Source of the DNA: a bacterium
GTDB taxonomy: Bacteria > Krumholzibacteriota > Krumholzibacteriia > LZORAL124-64-63
Assembly: GCA_031441465.1 (NCBI GenBank)
Contig: JANOEP010000009.1
Span: 122,149-186,148 of the forward strand
Length of the DNA stretch: 64,000 nucleotides
Reading direction: 5' to 3'
The notes beneath the pieces are model-generated. The model did not search any database. It saw only the letters and a list, made by a program, of their open reading frames with translations, and was not told the DNA's origin. Of the stretch, positions 27,589 to 38,793 are shown piece by piece; the stretch's first letter is position 1; each line of letters opens with the position of its first letter. Both the position numbers and the translations under genes were made by a program.

Positions 27589-30183
27589 ATGCCACGGAAA
27601 GCTCTCGCCGCCACATTCGCCCTGCTCGCCCTGATCCTCCTGCTCGCCTCGCCCGGCTTCGCCGCCGCCACGCGGGCCTACGCGCCCGCCCAGGACGGCT
27701 TCGTGCCGCAGGCGAAGGAAGTCGAACTCTACGCGCCGGACCGCCTGCTCGTGCAGCTCTCGCCCGCCGGCCTGACGGCTTCGCGGCTGTCCATGTTGCT
27801 GGACAAGGGTGCCCGCGCTCCCGGCGCCGCGACCGGCATCGCGTCGCTCGACGCCCTGGCCGCCGCCGCCGGCGTGCGGACCGTCGAGCGCCCCTACGAC
27901 CTGCCCGGCGACGCCGCCAAGGCGGCGGACCTCGGCGTCGACCGCTGGTTCCTGTTCCGCTTCGAGACCGAGCAGGACATGGCCGACGTGGCCAAGACGT
28001 TCGGGCGCGACCCGTCCGTCGAGGCCGTGTCCCTGGACTGGGTGGCCTTCCCGGCCGCCGTCCCGGCCGACCCCCTGTACGTCAATCACTGGGGCCACAA
28101 CAACACCGCCCAGCTGCCCGGCCTGGACTGGGGCGGCACCTACGACCACACCCTGACCACCACTGTCGGCACCATCGGCTTCGACGCCAACGCCCAGGTC
28201 GCCTGGGACGGCAGCCAGGGCTACGGCAGCAGCAGCGTGATCGTGGCCATCATCGACAGCGGCGTGGACATCGACCACCCCGACCTGCGCCTGGTCACCG
28301 GCTACGACTTCGGCAGCAACGACACCAACCCCGACGACAACAGCACCACCGCCGGCCACGGCACCTGCTGCGCCGGCGTGGTCGCCTCGATGAACAACAC
28401 GATCGGCTGCGCGGGCATCGCCGCCGGCGTCAGCATCATGCCGCTGAAGGTCGCCACCGCCACCGGGGCGATGTACTTCTCGGCGATCCAGAGCGCCCTG
28501 TACTACGCCGCCGACCACGCGGCCGACGTCGTCAGCATGAGCCTCGGCGCCGCGATCAGCAGCGACGCCGCCACCGACACGGCCATCCTGTACGCCTACA
28601 ACGCGGGCTGCACCATCCTGGCCGCGACCGGCAACGAGAACATGAGCACCATCAGCTACCCGGCCATCAACGCCAACGTGATCGGCGTCGGCGCGGCCTC
28701 CCCCTGCGGAGAGCGCAAGCGCAGCTCGAGCAGCAGCACCGAGGTCAACTCCGGCGTGGCCACCGACCCCAACGGCTACACCTGCGACGGCGAGCGCTGG
28801 TGGGGCTCGAACTACGGCACGACCACGCAGAACGGGGCCGGCGCCGTGGACGTCCTCGGCCCGACCATCCTGCCGACCACCGACATCGTCGGCAGCGGCG
28901 GCTACCGGACGGGCGACTACGAGCCCTTCTTCAACGGCACCAGCTGCGCCACGCCGTACGTGGCGGGCGTCTGCGCCCTGATCGTCTCGAAGAACCCGAC
29001 CTGGACCCCGGCGCAGATCCGGACCCAGCTGCTGACCACCGCCCAGGACGTGACCTCGGTCGAGTCCGCGGCGGGCTGGGACCGCTACGCGGGCTTCGGC
29101 ATGGTCGACGCGGCCGCGGCCGTCGGCGGCGGCACGGCGCCGGTCGCGCCGGTGGCCAACTTCTCGGCGACGCCCCTGACGGGCGCCGCGCCCCTGGCGG
29201 TCGTGTTCACCGACCTGTCCACCAACACGCCGACGAGCTGGAGCTGGAACTTCGGCGACGCCGGCACCTCGACGCTGCAGAGCCCCAGCCACACCTACGC
29301 CGCGACCGGCACCTACACCGTGACGCTGACCGCGACCAACAGCGCCGGCTCGGACGGCGAGACCAAGACCGGCTACATCGTCGTGACGACGTCGTCGGGC
29401 ACCTGGACGGTCATCTCGTCGGACAACTTCGAGACCGGCATGGGCACCTACACCGACGGCGGCGGCGACATGGTCCGCTACACGGCCACGACGTACTCGC
29501 ACCAGGGCGCCGCGTCGGCCAACATCCAGGACAACAGCGGCACCGCGTCGTCGTTCTACCACACGGCCAACAAGAACGTGTCGACCTACTCGAACCTCGA
29601 AGTCAGCTTCTGGTTCAAGGCCGTGAGCATGGAGACCGGCGAGGACTTCTGGCTGCAGTACTACGACGGCGCGGCCTGGCGCACCGTGGCGACCTACGTG
29701 TCGGGCACCGGGTTCAGCAACAACGTGTACTACAACAAGGTCGTGACGATCCCGCGCGCCACCTACGCGTACCCGACCACCGCCAAGCTGCGCTTCATGT
29801 GCGACGCCAGCGACAACAACGACGACGTCTACATCGACGAGATCGTGTTCCGCGGCTACACCGCGGCCCTGGCGACCGCCGGCGCCGACGAAGCCGCGTC
29901 GGCCGACAAGGCCCTGCCGACCCCGTTCGCGCTGGGCCGGAACCGCCCGAATCCGTTCAACCCGTCCACCACGTTCGAATTCAGCCTCCCGGCCGCCTCG
30001 CGCGTGCTGGTCCAGGTGTTCGACCTGAAGGGCCGGGCGGTCGCCACCCTGGCCGACGGGCAGTACGGCGCCGGCGCCCACAGCGTCCGCTGGGACGCCG
30101 CGGAGTTCCCGTCGGGCACGTACTTCTACCGGATCGACGCGGACGGCCGCACGAGCGTTCGCAAGATGACGCTGCTGAAGTAG
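27589..30183 (+). CDS. S8 subtilisin-like protease with PKD domain and FlgD-Ig C-terminal domain
   Basis: IIDSG, GHGT and NGTS catalytic triad; WSWNFGD PKD signature; PNPFNP...RKMTLLK. Confidence 0.92.
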   Translation: MPRKALAATFALLALILLLASPGFAAATRAYAPAQDGFVPQAKEVELYAPDRLLVQLSPAGLTASRLSMLLDKGARAPGAATGIASLDALAAAAGVRTVERPYDLPGDAAKAADLGVDRWFLFRFETEQDMADVAKTFGRDPSVEAVSLDWVAFPAAVPADPLYVNHWGHNNTAQLPGLDWGGTYDHTLTTTVGTIGFDANAQVAWDGSQGYGSSSVIVAIIDSGVDIDHPDLRLVTGYDFGSNDTNPDDNSTTAGHGTCCAGVVASMNNTIGCAGIAAGVSIMPLKVATATGAMYFSAIQSALYYAADHAADVVSMSLGAAISSDAATDTAILYAYNAGCTILAATGNENMSTISYPAINANVIGVGAASPCGERKRSSSSSTEVNSGVATDPNGYTCDGERWWGSNYGTTTQNGAGAVDVLGPTILPTTDIVGSGGYRTGDYEPFFNGTSCATPYVAGVCALIVSKNPTWTPAQIRTQLLTTAQDVTSVESAAGWDRYAGFGMVDAAAAVGGGTAPVAPVANFSATPLTGAAPLAVVFTDLSTNTPTSWSWNFGDAGTSTLQSPSHTYAATGTYTVTLTATNSAGSDGETKTGYIVVTTSSGTWTVISSDNFETGMGTYTDGGGDMVRYTATTYSHQGAASANIQDNSGTASSFYHTANKNVSTYSNLEVSFWFKAVSMETGEDFWLQYYDGAAWRTVATYVSGTGFSNNVYYNKVVTIPRATYAYPTTAKLRFMCDASDNNDDVYIDEIVFRGYTAALATAGADEAASADKALPTPFALGRNRPNPFNPSTTFEFSLPAASRVLVQVFDLKGRAVATLADGQYGAGAHSVRWDAAEFPSGTYFYRIDADGRTSVRKMTLLK

Positions 30184-30206
30184 CGTCCGCCCGCAACCGA
30201 GCACGA

Positions 30207-30246
30207 GAAAGCCCGGCCGGACCGCGAGGTCCGGCCGGGCTGTTTC
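30207..30246. terminator. bidirectional intrinsic terminator
   Basis: AGCCCGGCCGGACC-GCGA-GGTCCGGCCGGGCT flanked by AAA and GTTT. Confidence 0.85.
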
Positions 30247-30270
30247 ATCGGCGCCGGGAGGGCGCCGCCG

Positions 30271-32175
<1,905 letters not shown>

Positions 32176-32245
32176 GGGCGGGCTGTTCTCCTGCGCTCGG
32201 GGTCGGGTCGTCGCGTGAGCGCGACAATGTAGCACACAAAAGGCG

Positions 32246-34750
32246 TCAACGTGCCATCCGGATCAGGAACGGGTACTCCTGGTTCTCAGGGTTGGCCCGG
32301 CAGGCCTCCTGCAGGGCCTGCAGTCCGCCGCGGGAATCGCCGCTGGTCTGGCGCACCAGGCTCTCGGTCAGCAGCCGGTTGCCCTCGACGAAGCGGGCCA
32401 TGCGGGCCGGGTCGGGGATCCCGTCGAAGATCTTCCCGACGCCGACGCGGCGCTCCTGCAGGTAGCGCAGGTTCGCCGTCAGGTTGGCTTCGTCCAGGCA
32501 GCCGGGGGCGAAGAACTCGGTGGTGGAACGGTCGTCGGTGTTGCGCCGGACGCCGGCGGCCAGCCGGCCGATCGCCGGGCCGTCCAGCGCCAGGGTCGCC
32601 GCCAGGTGGTAGGGGTCGTTGTAGAAGTGCGGATCCTCGCCCAGCGCGGCGGCGCGGGCGGCCCAGTCGTCGAAATCGATCCGCAGCGGCGCCGTGGAGC
32701 CCAGCAGCACGGCGTGGTAGTGGCCCAGCCAGACGGCGCAGTCGGGGAACACGTCGTGGAAGGTGGCGATCAGGCCCATCAGTTCCACCGCACGCAGCTT
32801 GTGCAGCGGCAGGTACTGCGACACCAAGCCGCCGGGATTCAGGCGCGATCGGCACAGCTCGAAGTACTCGCGCGTGTACAGGTTGCCCGAGCCCAGCACC
32901 GGGTGCGTCGGGTCGCAGGAGATCAGGTCGTACTTCCGGGCGGACGCCTGCAGGCGCCGCCGCCCGTCGCCCTGCACGATCGTCAGGCGCGGGTCGGCGA
33001 CCACGTCGTGGTTCAGGTCGCGGTAATAGGTCGCGGCTTCCTTCAGCCCCGGCACCAGCTCGACGCAGGTGATCGACCGCACCTCGGGATGGGCGGCGAT
33101 GGCCGAGGTCGTCACGCCGATGCCGAAGCCGATCACCAGCACGTCGCGCAGTTCGGGCTGCACCAGGAACGGGAAGTGCCCGACCATCTTGACGACCTTG
33201 AGCGCGTCGTAGGACGAACCGATGACCGCGCTGTTGTTGACGTAGGTATAGAGGGCCTCCGAGCGGGTGTCGCGGTCCCGCCCCACCGTGACGGTCCCCT
33301 CGACGGTCTCGTCGTAGAACAGCACCTCGCGATCGAAACGCCCGAACGAGGGCGGCAGGATGCGGATCTCCGGCCGCCAGGCCACAACCACGAGCAGCGC
33401 CACGAGCGTTCCGAGCAGGGCGGGGCCGGCCCAGATCGGCGCCGGCACCCGGCGCCGGACGAACCCGTGCTGGATCCGCCAGGCGGCGGCGACCGGCACC
33501 GCGACGACGGCCACGATCGCCACGGCCGCGCCCAGCGCCGGGATCAGCACGAACGCCGCGACCACCGGGCCGAGCACGCAGCCGGCGGTGTTGACCGCGA
33601 GCACGATTCCCACCTCACGCCCGATCCCGCCGCGCCCGGCGGCCGCCAAGCTGCAGGCCAGCGGGAACGCATAGCCGGAGCACACCGCGGGCGGCACCAC
33701 GATCAGCAGGGACGCCGCCAGCGGCAGCAGCAGGATCCGCACGAAGGCGTGGCCCGACGCCTCCTGGAAGGGAAACAGCAGCAGTTCGGGCAGGCGCGCC
33801 AGCAGCAACAAACCCAGCAGCGCGGTCGCGGCCAGCAGCAGCAGGGCGCGCAGCAGTGAGCGCCCGGGATCCGTCACCCGGGCGGCGCGGCGTCGGAACA
33901 GCTCGCTGCCCAGGTACAGACCCAGGATCGCGAGCGAGGCGATCAGCGCGAAGGTGTAGCTGGTGTTCGTCAGATAAATGCGGAACATCCGCATCCAGAC
34001 GACCTGCAAAGCGAGGACGGCAAAACCGCAGGCGAACGCCGCGGCCGGGGCCGCGGATCGCCCGGACCAGGCCGACGCCGCAGCCTGGCGCCGGGGAAGG
34101 TCGGCCTCGGCGACAGCGGCGCCCGCCGCGGGGATGCCCGCGGTCCGCTTGGCGGCGAGCAGCCACCCGCCCAAGGCGAGGTCGATCGCCACGGCCAGCA
34201 GCAGCGTGGCGTGCTGGCCCAGCGTCCCGAGCAGCACGAACCCCGCCGCCAGACCGCCCAGGGCGCTGCCCAGCGTCTCGAGTGCGTAGAGACGGCCCAG
34301 GACCGGCGCGAGCCCGCTCCCCGACGCGGCGGCGAGCCGGCCCGCGAGCGGGAAGATGCCGCCCATCAGGAACGACGGCACGCTGAGCAGCAACACGGCG
34401 ACCAGGTACGAGGGCACGACCCCCAGCCGGGGCAGCAAGCTCCCTGCCAGCAGGTAGGCGAGACCGCCGAAACCGCCGAGCCCCAGCAGCAGCGCCGCCA
34501 AAAGTGTCCAGGGATGCGACGCCCGGTCGGCGGCGCGGCCCCACACGGCCGCCCCGATGCCGAAGCCGGCCATGAAGGCCGCCAGGACGAGCGTCGCGGC
34601 CGTCACCGTGGCGCCCAGGACCAACGACAGCAGCCGGTTCCAGACCACCTCGTGGATCAGGAAGGCGAAGCCCGCCCCGAACAGGACGAGGCCCAGCACG
34701 GCCTGATCGGGGGTGGCGGGAGCTCGGGATTGGCGTGCGGTCCGGTCCAT
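32246..34750 (-). CDS. fused MFS-like membrane / spermidine synthase-like protein
   Basis: About 13 TM segments (EVVWNRLL, LYALETLGS), then a SAM-fold domain VLVIGFGIG...VEL...DGR...YDLISCD. Confidence 0.85.
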   Translation of the reverse strand: MDRTARQSRAPATPDQAVLGLVLFGAGFAFLIHEVVWNRLLSLVLGATVTAATLVLAAFMAGFGIGAAVWGRAADRASHPWTLLAALLLGLGGFGGLAYLLAGSLLPRLGVVPSYLVAVLLLSVPSFLMGGIFPLAGRLAAASGSGLAPVLGRLYALETLGSALGGLAAGFVLLGTLGQHATLLLAVAIDLALGGWLLAAKRTAGIPAAGAAVAEADLPRRQAAASAWSGRSAAPAAAFACGFAVLALQVVWMRMFRIYLTNTSYTFALIASLAILGLYLGSELFRRRAARVTDPGRSLLRALLLLAATALLGLLLLARLPELLLFPFQEASGHAFVRILLLPLAASLLIVVPPAVCSGYAFPLACSLAAAGRGGIGREVGIVLAVNTAGCVLGPVVAAFVLIPALGAAVAIVAVVAVPVAAAWRIQHGFVRRRVPAPIWAGPALLGTLVALLVVVAWRPEIRILPPSFGRFDREVLFYDETVEGTVTVGRDRDTRSEALYTYVNNSAVIGSSYDALKVVKMVGHFPFLVQPELRDVLVIGFGIGVTTSAIAAHPEVRSITCVELVPGLKEAATYYRDLNHDVVADPRLTIVQGDGRRRLQASARKYDLISCDPTHPVLGSGNLYTREYFELCRSRLNPGGLVSQYLPLHKLRAVELMGLIATFHDVFPDCAVWLGHYHAVLLGSTAPLRIDFDDWAARAAALGEDPHFYNDPYHLAATLALDGPAIGRLAAGVRRNTDDRSTTEFFAPGCLDEANLTANLRYLQERRVGVGKIFDGIPDPARMARFVEGNRLLTESLVRQTSGDSRGGLQALQEACRANPENQEYPFLIRMAR

Positions 34751-34920
34751 CGGTGCTCCGGGCGAGGGTCGGGGGTCGGTGGGCGCCGCGCCAATCTAAC
34801 ATGTGGACCGGCCCCGGTCAGGCGGAATGCAGGACGGCGGGATTGCCGCTACGCGTCAATACCTGGACCGTCGGCGCTGCCGCGAGGCGTCCGGGAACGC
34901 ACCGCCCGCGGCCGCGACCG

Positions 34921-35895
34921 TCAGGGCTCGGCCGGGGTGCGGTTGAGGTAGATCTCCCGCAGGATGAGCCGGGCGGGCAGGTAGGCCGTGTTGCCGATCT
35001 GGCGCTGGCCGCGCGTGTCGGTGAGGTAGGTGACGAACTTGCTCCCCGGCAGCCCGCCGCGCGCACGGCAAGCCACGTAGACGTAGCACCACAGGGGATA
35101 GTCGCCTGTCGAGAGGGTGACGTTGTCCGCCGCCACGGGCGCCGACCCGGGGCCCGCCCGGATCGCCAGCGCCTGCACTCCCCGCGCGCTGAGGGTCCGG
35201 CGCAGGGCGAACGAGTTGACGACCCCGATCGAGCCGGCGTCCGCCAGGACCGCGGCGATCACCGCGTCTTCGTCCTTCAGGAAGATCGTGCCCGCGGGCG
35301 GGTCGATCCCCGTGTCCGGCAGGCCGAGGCGGAGCAGGAGGGTCGTCCAGAGCCCGGAGTTGGGGTCGGGGACGTAGAGGCGGCGGCCGGGGGCGGCCTT
35401 GCCGCGGGCGTGCTGGCGCAGCGACTCGAAGGCGATGACCGTGTCGCCGCGGGCCGGCGAGGCGACCACCAGCACCGCGCCCAGGGAGACGGGGAACCAC
35501 AACGCCGTGTCGCCGGTGGCCCGCGTGAAGAGTCCCTGCTCGACGGCACTGGGCGGCCGCGCGAGGAACGCCGCATCGGCCCGGACGTCGGCCAGGTCCT
35601 GCAGGGCCTGGGCCGTCGAACCGGGGCGCACGTCGATGCGCATCTGCGGGTAATCCTGGTTGTAGCGCCGCGTGATGGTGTCGATCAGCAGGGGGGCGAC
35701 GTCGGCGCCGGAGAGAACCAGCATCGTGTCCCGGGCGACCGTCGCGGTGGGCGGCCTCGAAAAGAGCTTCGAATCCACGCCCGACCGCAGCACGAAGAAG
35801 ACGATCGCCGCCGCGGCATAGATGAACAGGCGGACGATGACGGTCAGGCGCGGTCCCCTCAAGCGGGGCGCCGCACCCGCGCCCCGTCGGTTCAC
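34921..35895 (-). CDS. PstS-like substrate-binding domain protein, membrane-anchored
   Basis: GTG start overlapping the upstream stop (GTGA); GS..AL..L....DAAF.AR, GDYPL; start uncertain. Confidence 0.7.
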   Translation of the reverse strand: MNRRGAGAAPRLRGPRLTVIVRLFIYAAAAIVFFVLRSGVDSKLFSRPPTATVARDTMLVLSGADVAPLLIDTITRRYNQDYPQMRIDVRPGSTAQALQDLADVRADAAFLARPPSAVEQGLFTRATGDTALWFPVSLGAVLVVASPARGDTVIAFESLRQHARGKAAPGRRLYVPDPNSGLWTTLLLRLGLPDTGIDPPAGTIFLKDEDAVIAAVLADAGSIGVVNSFALRRTLSARGVQALAIRAGPGSAPVAADNVTLSTGDYPLWCYVYVACRARGGLPGSKFVTYLTDTRGQRQIGNTAYLPARLILREIYLNRTPAEP

Positions 35896-36266
35896 TCGTC
35901 GGCCCCGCCAGCCCGGATGTGCAGTTCCTTGATCTCGCTGCGCAGCTTCAGGATGTGCCGCACGTTGTACCAGAGGCACAGCAGGGACACCAGGATCACG
36001 CCCACGCCGACGGCCGTGATCGTCCCGGACGGCGCGCCGACGAGGCCGCGCCGGGTGAAGATCTTCACCAGCTGCTGCGTGCGCAGGATGAGGAAGACGA
36101 ACCCGACGTCAAGCGCCAGCAGCGCCAGGCACTGGATCACGAACAGCTTCACCTGGTCGGTGCAGACCTGGTAGCGCCAGGCCACGTACTCGAAGGAGTC
36201 GTCGAAGTACTGGTGCCCCAGGGCCGTTTCCGGGCGAAACCATCGGGCGATCATGTGCTTGAACAT
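35892..36266 (-). CDS. small two-TM membrane hypothetical protein
   Basis: AGGAG RBS, ATG 36266, two hydrophobic segments, coupled to the downstream gene. Confidence 0.65.
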   Translation of the reverse strand: MFKHMIARWFRPETALGHQYFDDSFEYVAWRYQVCTDQVKLFVIQCLALLALDVGFVFLILRTQQLVKIFTRRGLVGAPSGTITAVGVGVILVSLLCLWYNVRHILKLRSEIKELHIRAGGADE

Positions 36267-36319
36267 CGTTACATCTCCTGATGAGCGGACGTCGCGGCCG
36301 CTTGTGCGGTTCGACCGTG

Positions 36320-37078
36320 TCAGTGCAACTTGAATCTCAACGGGATCGCCACCCAGACCGCGACCGGCCGGTTGTTCTGCGAGGCGGGGCGGAACATGGC
36401 GGTCATGGCCGCGGCGATCGCCGCCTTGTGCAGCTGCGACGGCCCCTCGACCACCTTCGTCTCGACCACGCGGCCGTCCTTGCTCACGAGAACGTTGACG
36501 ACGACCGTGCCCTCGATGCCGGCCAGACGCGCCATCTCCGGGTACTCGGGCTGCTTCATGCTCAGCTTGACCGGCAGCACGTTGACCGGGGCCGCCACCT
36601 GGGTCTCGGTGGTGGTTTCGGTCCGGGTCACGCCGCCCACGACCATGGTGCCGTCCATGTCGCCGAGGTCGGTCGCGGTGATCGCGGAGAGCACCTGATC
36701 GATCTCCTGCTGGGTCATGATGGTCTGCTCGCTGGCCAGTTCGTCGGGCACCGCCTCGGGCACCGCGATGGTCTGGGTCGAGGCCATGGCCACCTGCTGG
36801 CCGGCGGCGCCGGCGCGGTCGATCGACGGCGGCACGCCGAGCTCGGTGTAGCGGACGATGTTCACCTGGCGGTCGCCCGTCACCTCGGGCACGCGGTTGA
36901 TCAGCCACTGCCAGTACAGGAAGGCCGAGATCCCGATGAGCAGCGCCACGCCCGCCGACCACAGGACGTAGCGCATCGCCTCCTTCTCCAGCGGATGCTT
37001 GGCGCCGGAAATCGGGAACTGCGTCACCCCGACCAGGGAGTACGCCCAGCGGATGTGCAACGGGTCCCGGTTCCTCAT
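36320..37078 (-). CDS. tonB: energy transducer TonB
   Basis: N-terminal TM; PEYPEMARLAGIEGTV.V...V..DG, F.PA....RPV.V. Confidence 0.88.
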   Translation of the reverse strand: MRNRDPLHIRWAYSLVGVTQFPISGAKHPLEKEAMRYVLWSAGVALLIGISAFLYWQWLINRVPEVTGDRQVNIVRYTELGVPPSIDRAGAAGQQVAMASTQTIAVPEAVPDELASEQTIMTQQEIDQVLSAITATDLGDMDGTMVVGGVTRTETTTETQVAAPVNVLPVKLSMKQPEYPEMARLAGIEGTVVVNVLVSKDGRVVETKVVEGPSQLHKAAIAAAMTAMFRPASQNNRPVAVWVAIPLRFKLH

Positions 37079-37581
37079 GGCGTCTCTCCCGTGACCCACG
37101 CGTCGGCCGGCGTCATCTGCACCAGGCTGAACCTGGTCATGTGCGCATCGTCGAGCACGTCCATCATGTCCACCATGCGCTCGTAACGGACTTCGGGGTC
37201 GATCTTCACCAGGATGATCAGCTTGTCGTTGGCCTCCATGCCGCGGCGCATGGACGACTCGAGCTCGTTCCAGGCGATCGGCAGCACGGGGCCCTTGGCG
37301 GTCCGGGTCAGGATCCGCTGGTCGTCCAGGACGTACAGCGTCATCACGTTGGACTCCGGAACCAGGATCTTGGCGCCCGGCTCCGGCATGTTGATCTCCA
37401 TGGCCAGCGGACGGCGGAAAACGGTCGTCACCATGAAGAAGATCAGCAGCAGGAAGGCCACGTCGACCATGGGCGTCATGTCCATGGCGATGCCTGTCCG
37501 GTGCGGACCTTCCGACTTCCTCTCGTCGGGATCCTTCTGGGCTCCGCCCTTCGGCTTGACCTTGACAACGATCTCACCCAT
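37075..37581 (-). CDS. exbD: biopolymer transport ExbD
   Basis: DMTPMVDVAFLLLIFFMVTT. Confidence 0.9.
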   Translation of the reverse strand: MGEIVVKVKPKGGAQKDPDERKSEGPHRTGIAMDMTPMVDVAFLLLIFFMVTTVFRRPLAMEINMPEPGAKILVPESNVMTLYVLDDQRILTRTAKGPVLPIAWNELESSMRRGMEANDKLIILVKIDPEVRYERMVDMMDVLDDAHMTRFSLVQMTPADAWVTGETP

Positions 37582-38023
37582 GACTACCGCCCGCCGCGGG
37601 GGCCTCGCCGGCCCCTTTTTCGCTCTTGATGTCGGTCATGAGGTTGAAGCGGATCGCCTTCGCCTCGGCAAGCTGGTTCATCAGCGCGTTCATCAGGCCG
37701 AACTTCGCGTCCTTGTCGCCCTTAACGATGATCACGGCGCTGGGATTCTGGCTGCGCCAGGCCACCACGGCCTCGACCACCTGGTCCACGGGCACCTCCT
37801 GGATGTCCCGGGCGCTCTCGCTGGAGATGAAGACCCGACCCTCGCCGTTCAGCGTGATGATGATGGTGTTCGTCTCGGGAACACGCATCTCGGCGGTCGA
37901 CGCGGGCAGGTTCACCGCCACCACCTCCGGCGGCTTGAACTGGGTCGTGGACATGAAGAAGATCAACAGGAGGAACGCCACGTCCACCATGGGGGTCATG
38001 TCCCTGCGAACGGGAATAGACAC
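37574..38023 (-). CDS. exbD: biopolymer transport ExbD (second copy)
   Basis: DMTPMVDVAFLLLIFFMSTT, KGDKDA. Confidence 0.9.
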   Translation of the reverse strand: MSIPVRRDMTPMVDVAFLLLIFFMSTTQFKPPEVVAVNLPASTAEMRVPETNTIIITLNGEGRVFISSESARDIQEVPVDQVVEAVVAWRSQNPSAVIIVKGDKDAKFGLMNALMNQLAEAKAIRFNLMTDIKSEKGAGEAPAAGGSHG

Positions 38024-38026
38024 GAC

Positions 38027-38743
38027 CTATACCTCCTTGCGATGCCGCAGTAGGAGCATGACCGAGTGCGAAGTCTGGTCCATCATGTTGCGGAAGCGGT
38101 CCACGCGCGTCGTGAAGAAGTTGTACATGACCGTGGCGATGACGGCCGTGATCAGGCCCAGCGCCGTGTTGACCAGCGCCTCGGAGATACCGAGCGCGAG
38201 CTGCGAAGCGTCGGGGGCGCCGGCGTGCGACATGGCCTGGAAGGAGCGGATCATGCCGATCGTCGTGCCGAGCAGGCCCAGCAGGGTCGCGATCGAGGCG
38301 ATGGTGGACAGCGTGGCGAGGTTGCGCTCGAGCAGGGGCACTTCCAGCTCGTTGGCCTCCTGCATGGCGCGGCGCGTCTCCAGCAGCAGTTCACGGCGGT
38401 TGCTGACGCCGCCCTGCATGGCCTCGTACTGCATCAGCCCGGCCCCCACGACGTTGGCCAGGCAGCCGCCCTGACGACGGCAGGTGTCCATGGCGGCGTC
38501 GAGCTCGCCGGCCTTGATCGTGGTCATGGTGTTGCGGACGAAGAGCGTGACGTCGCTGCGGCCGCCGGCGCGCCAGAGCACCAGGGTCCGCTCGATCGTG
38601 AAGGTCACGGCCAGGAAGAACGCGAACAAGCCGACCACCAGCAACGGGCCGCCCTGCTTGACGTACTCCGGCGAGTGGACCCAGATGTAGTAAGAGGCCC
38701 AGATCTCCGCGGCGGCGATGGGAAGCATGACGTAATTCTTCAT
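38027..38743 (-). CDS. exbB: MotA/TolQ/ExbB proton channel
   Basis: TLLGLLGTTIGMI, GISEALVNTALG. Confidence 0.9.
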   Translation of the reverse strand: MKNYVMLPIAAAEIWASYYIWVHSPEYVKQGGPLLVVGLFAFFLAVTFTIERTLVLWRAGGRSDVTLFVRNTMTTIKAGELDAAMDTCRRQGGCLANVVGAGLMQYEAMQGGVSNRRELLLETRRAMQEANELEVPLLERNLATLSTIASIATLLGLLGTTIGMIRSFQAMSHAGAPDASQLALGISEALVNTALGLITAVIATVMYNFFTTRVDRFRNMMDQTSHSVMLLLRHRKEV

Positions 38744-38793
38744 TGACGACATTCCTTTCTCTGTCGAGCCGCGCGGAGGGCGCGACGCCAAAC

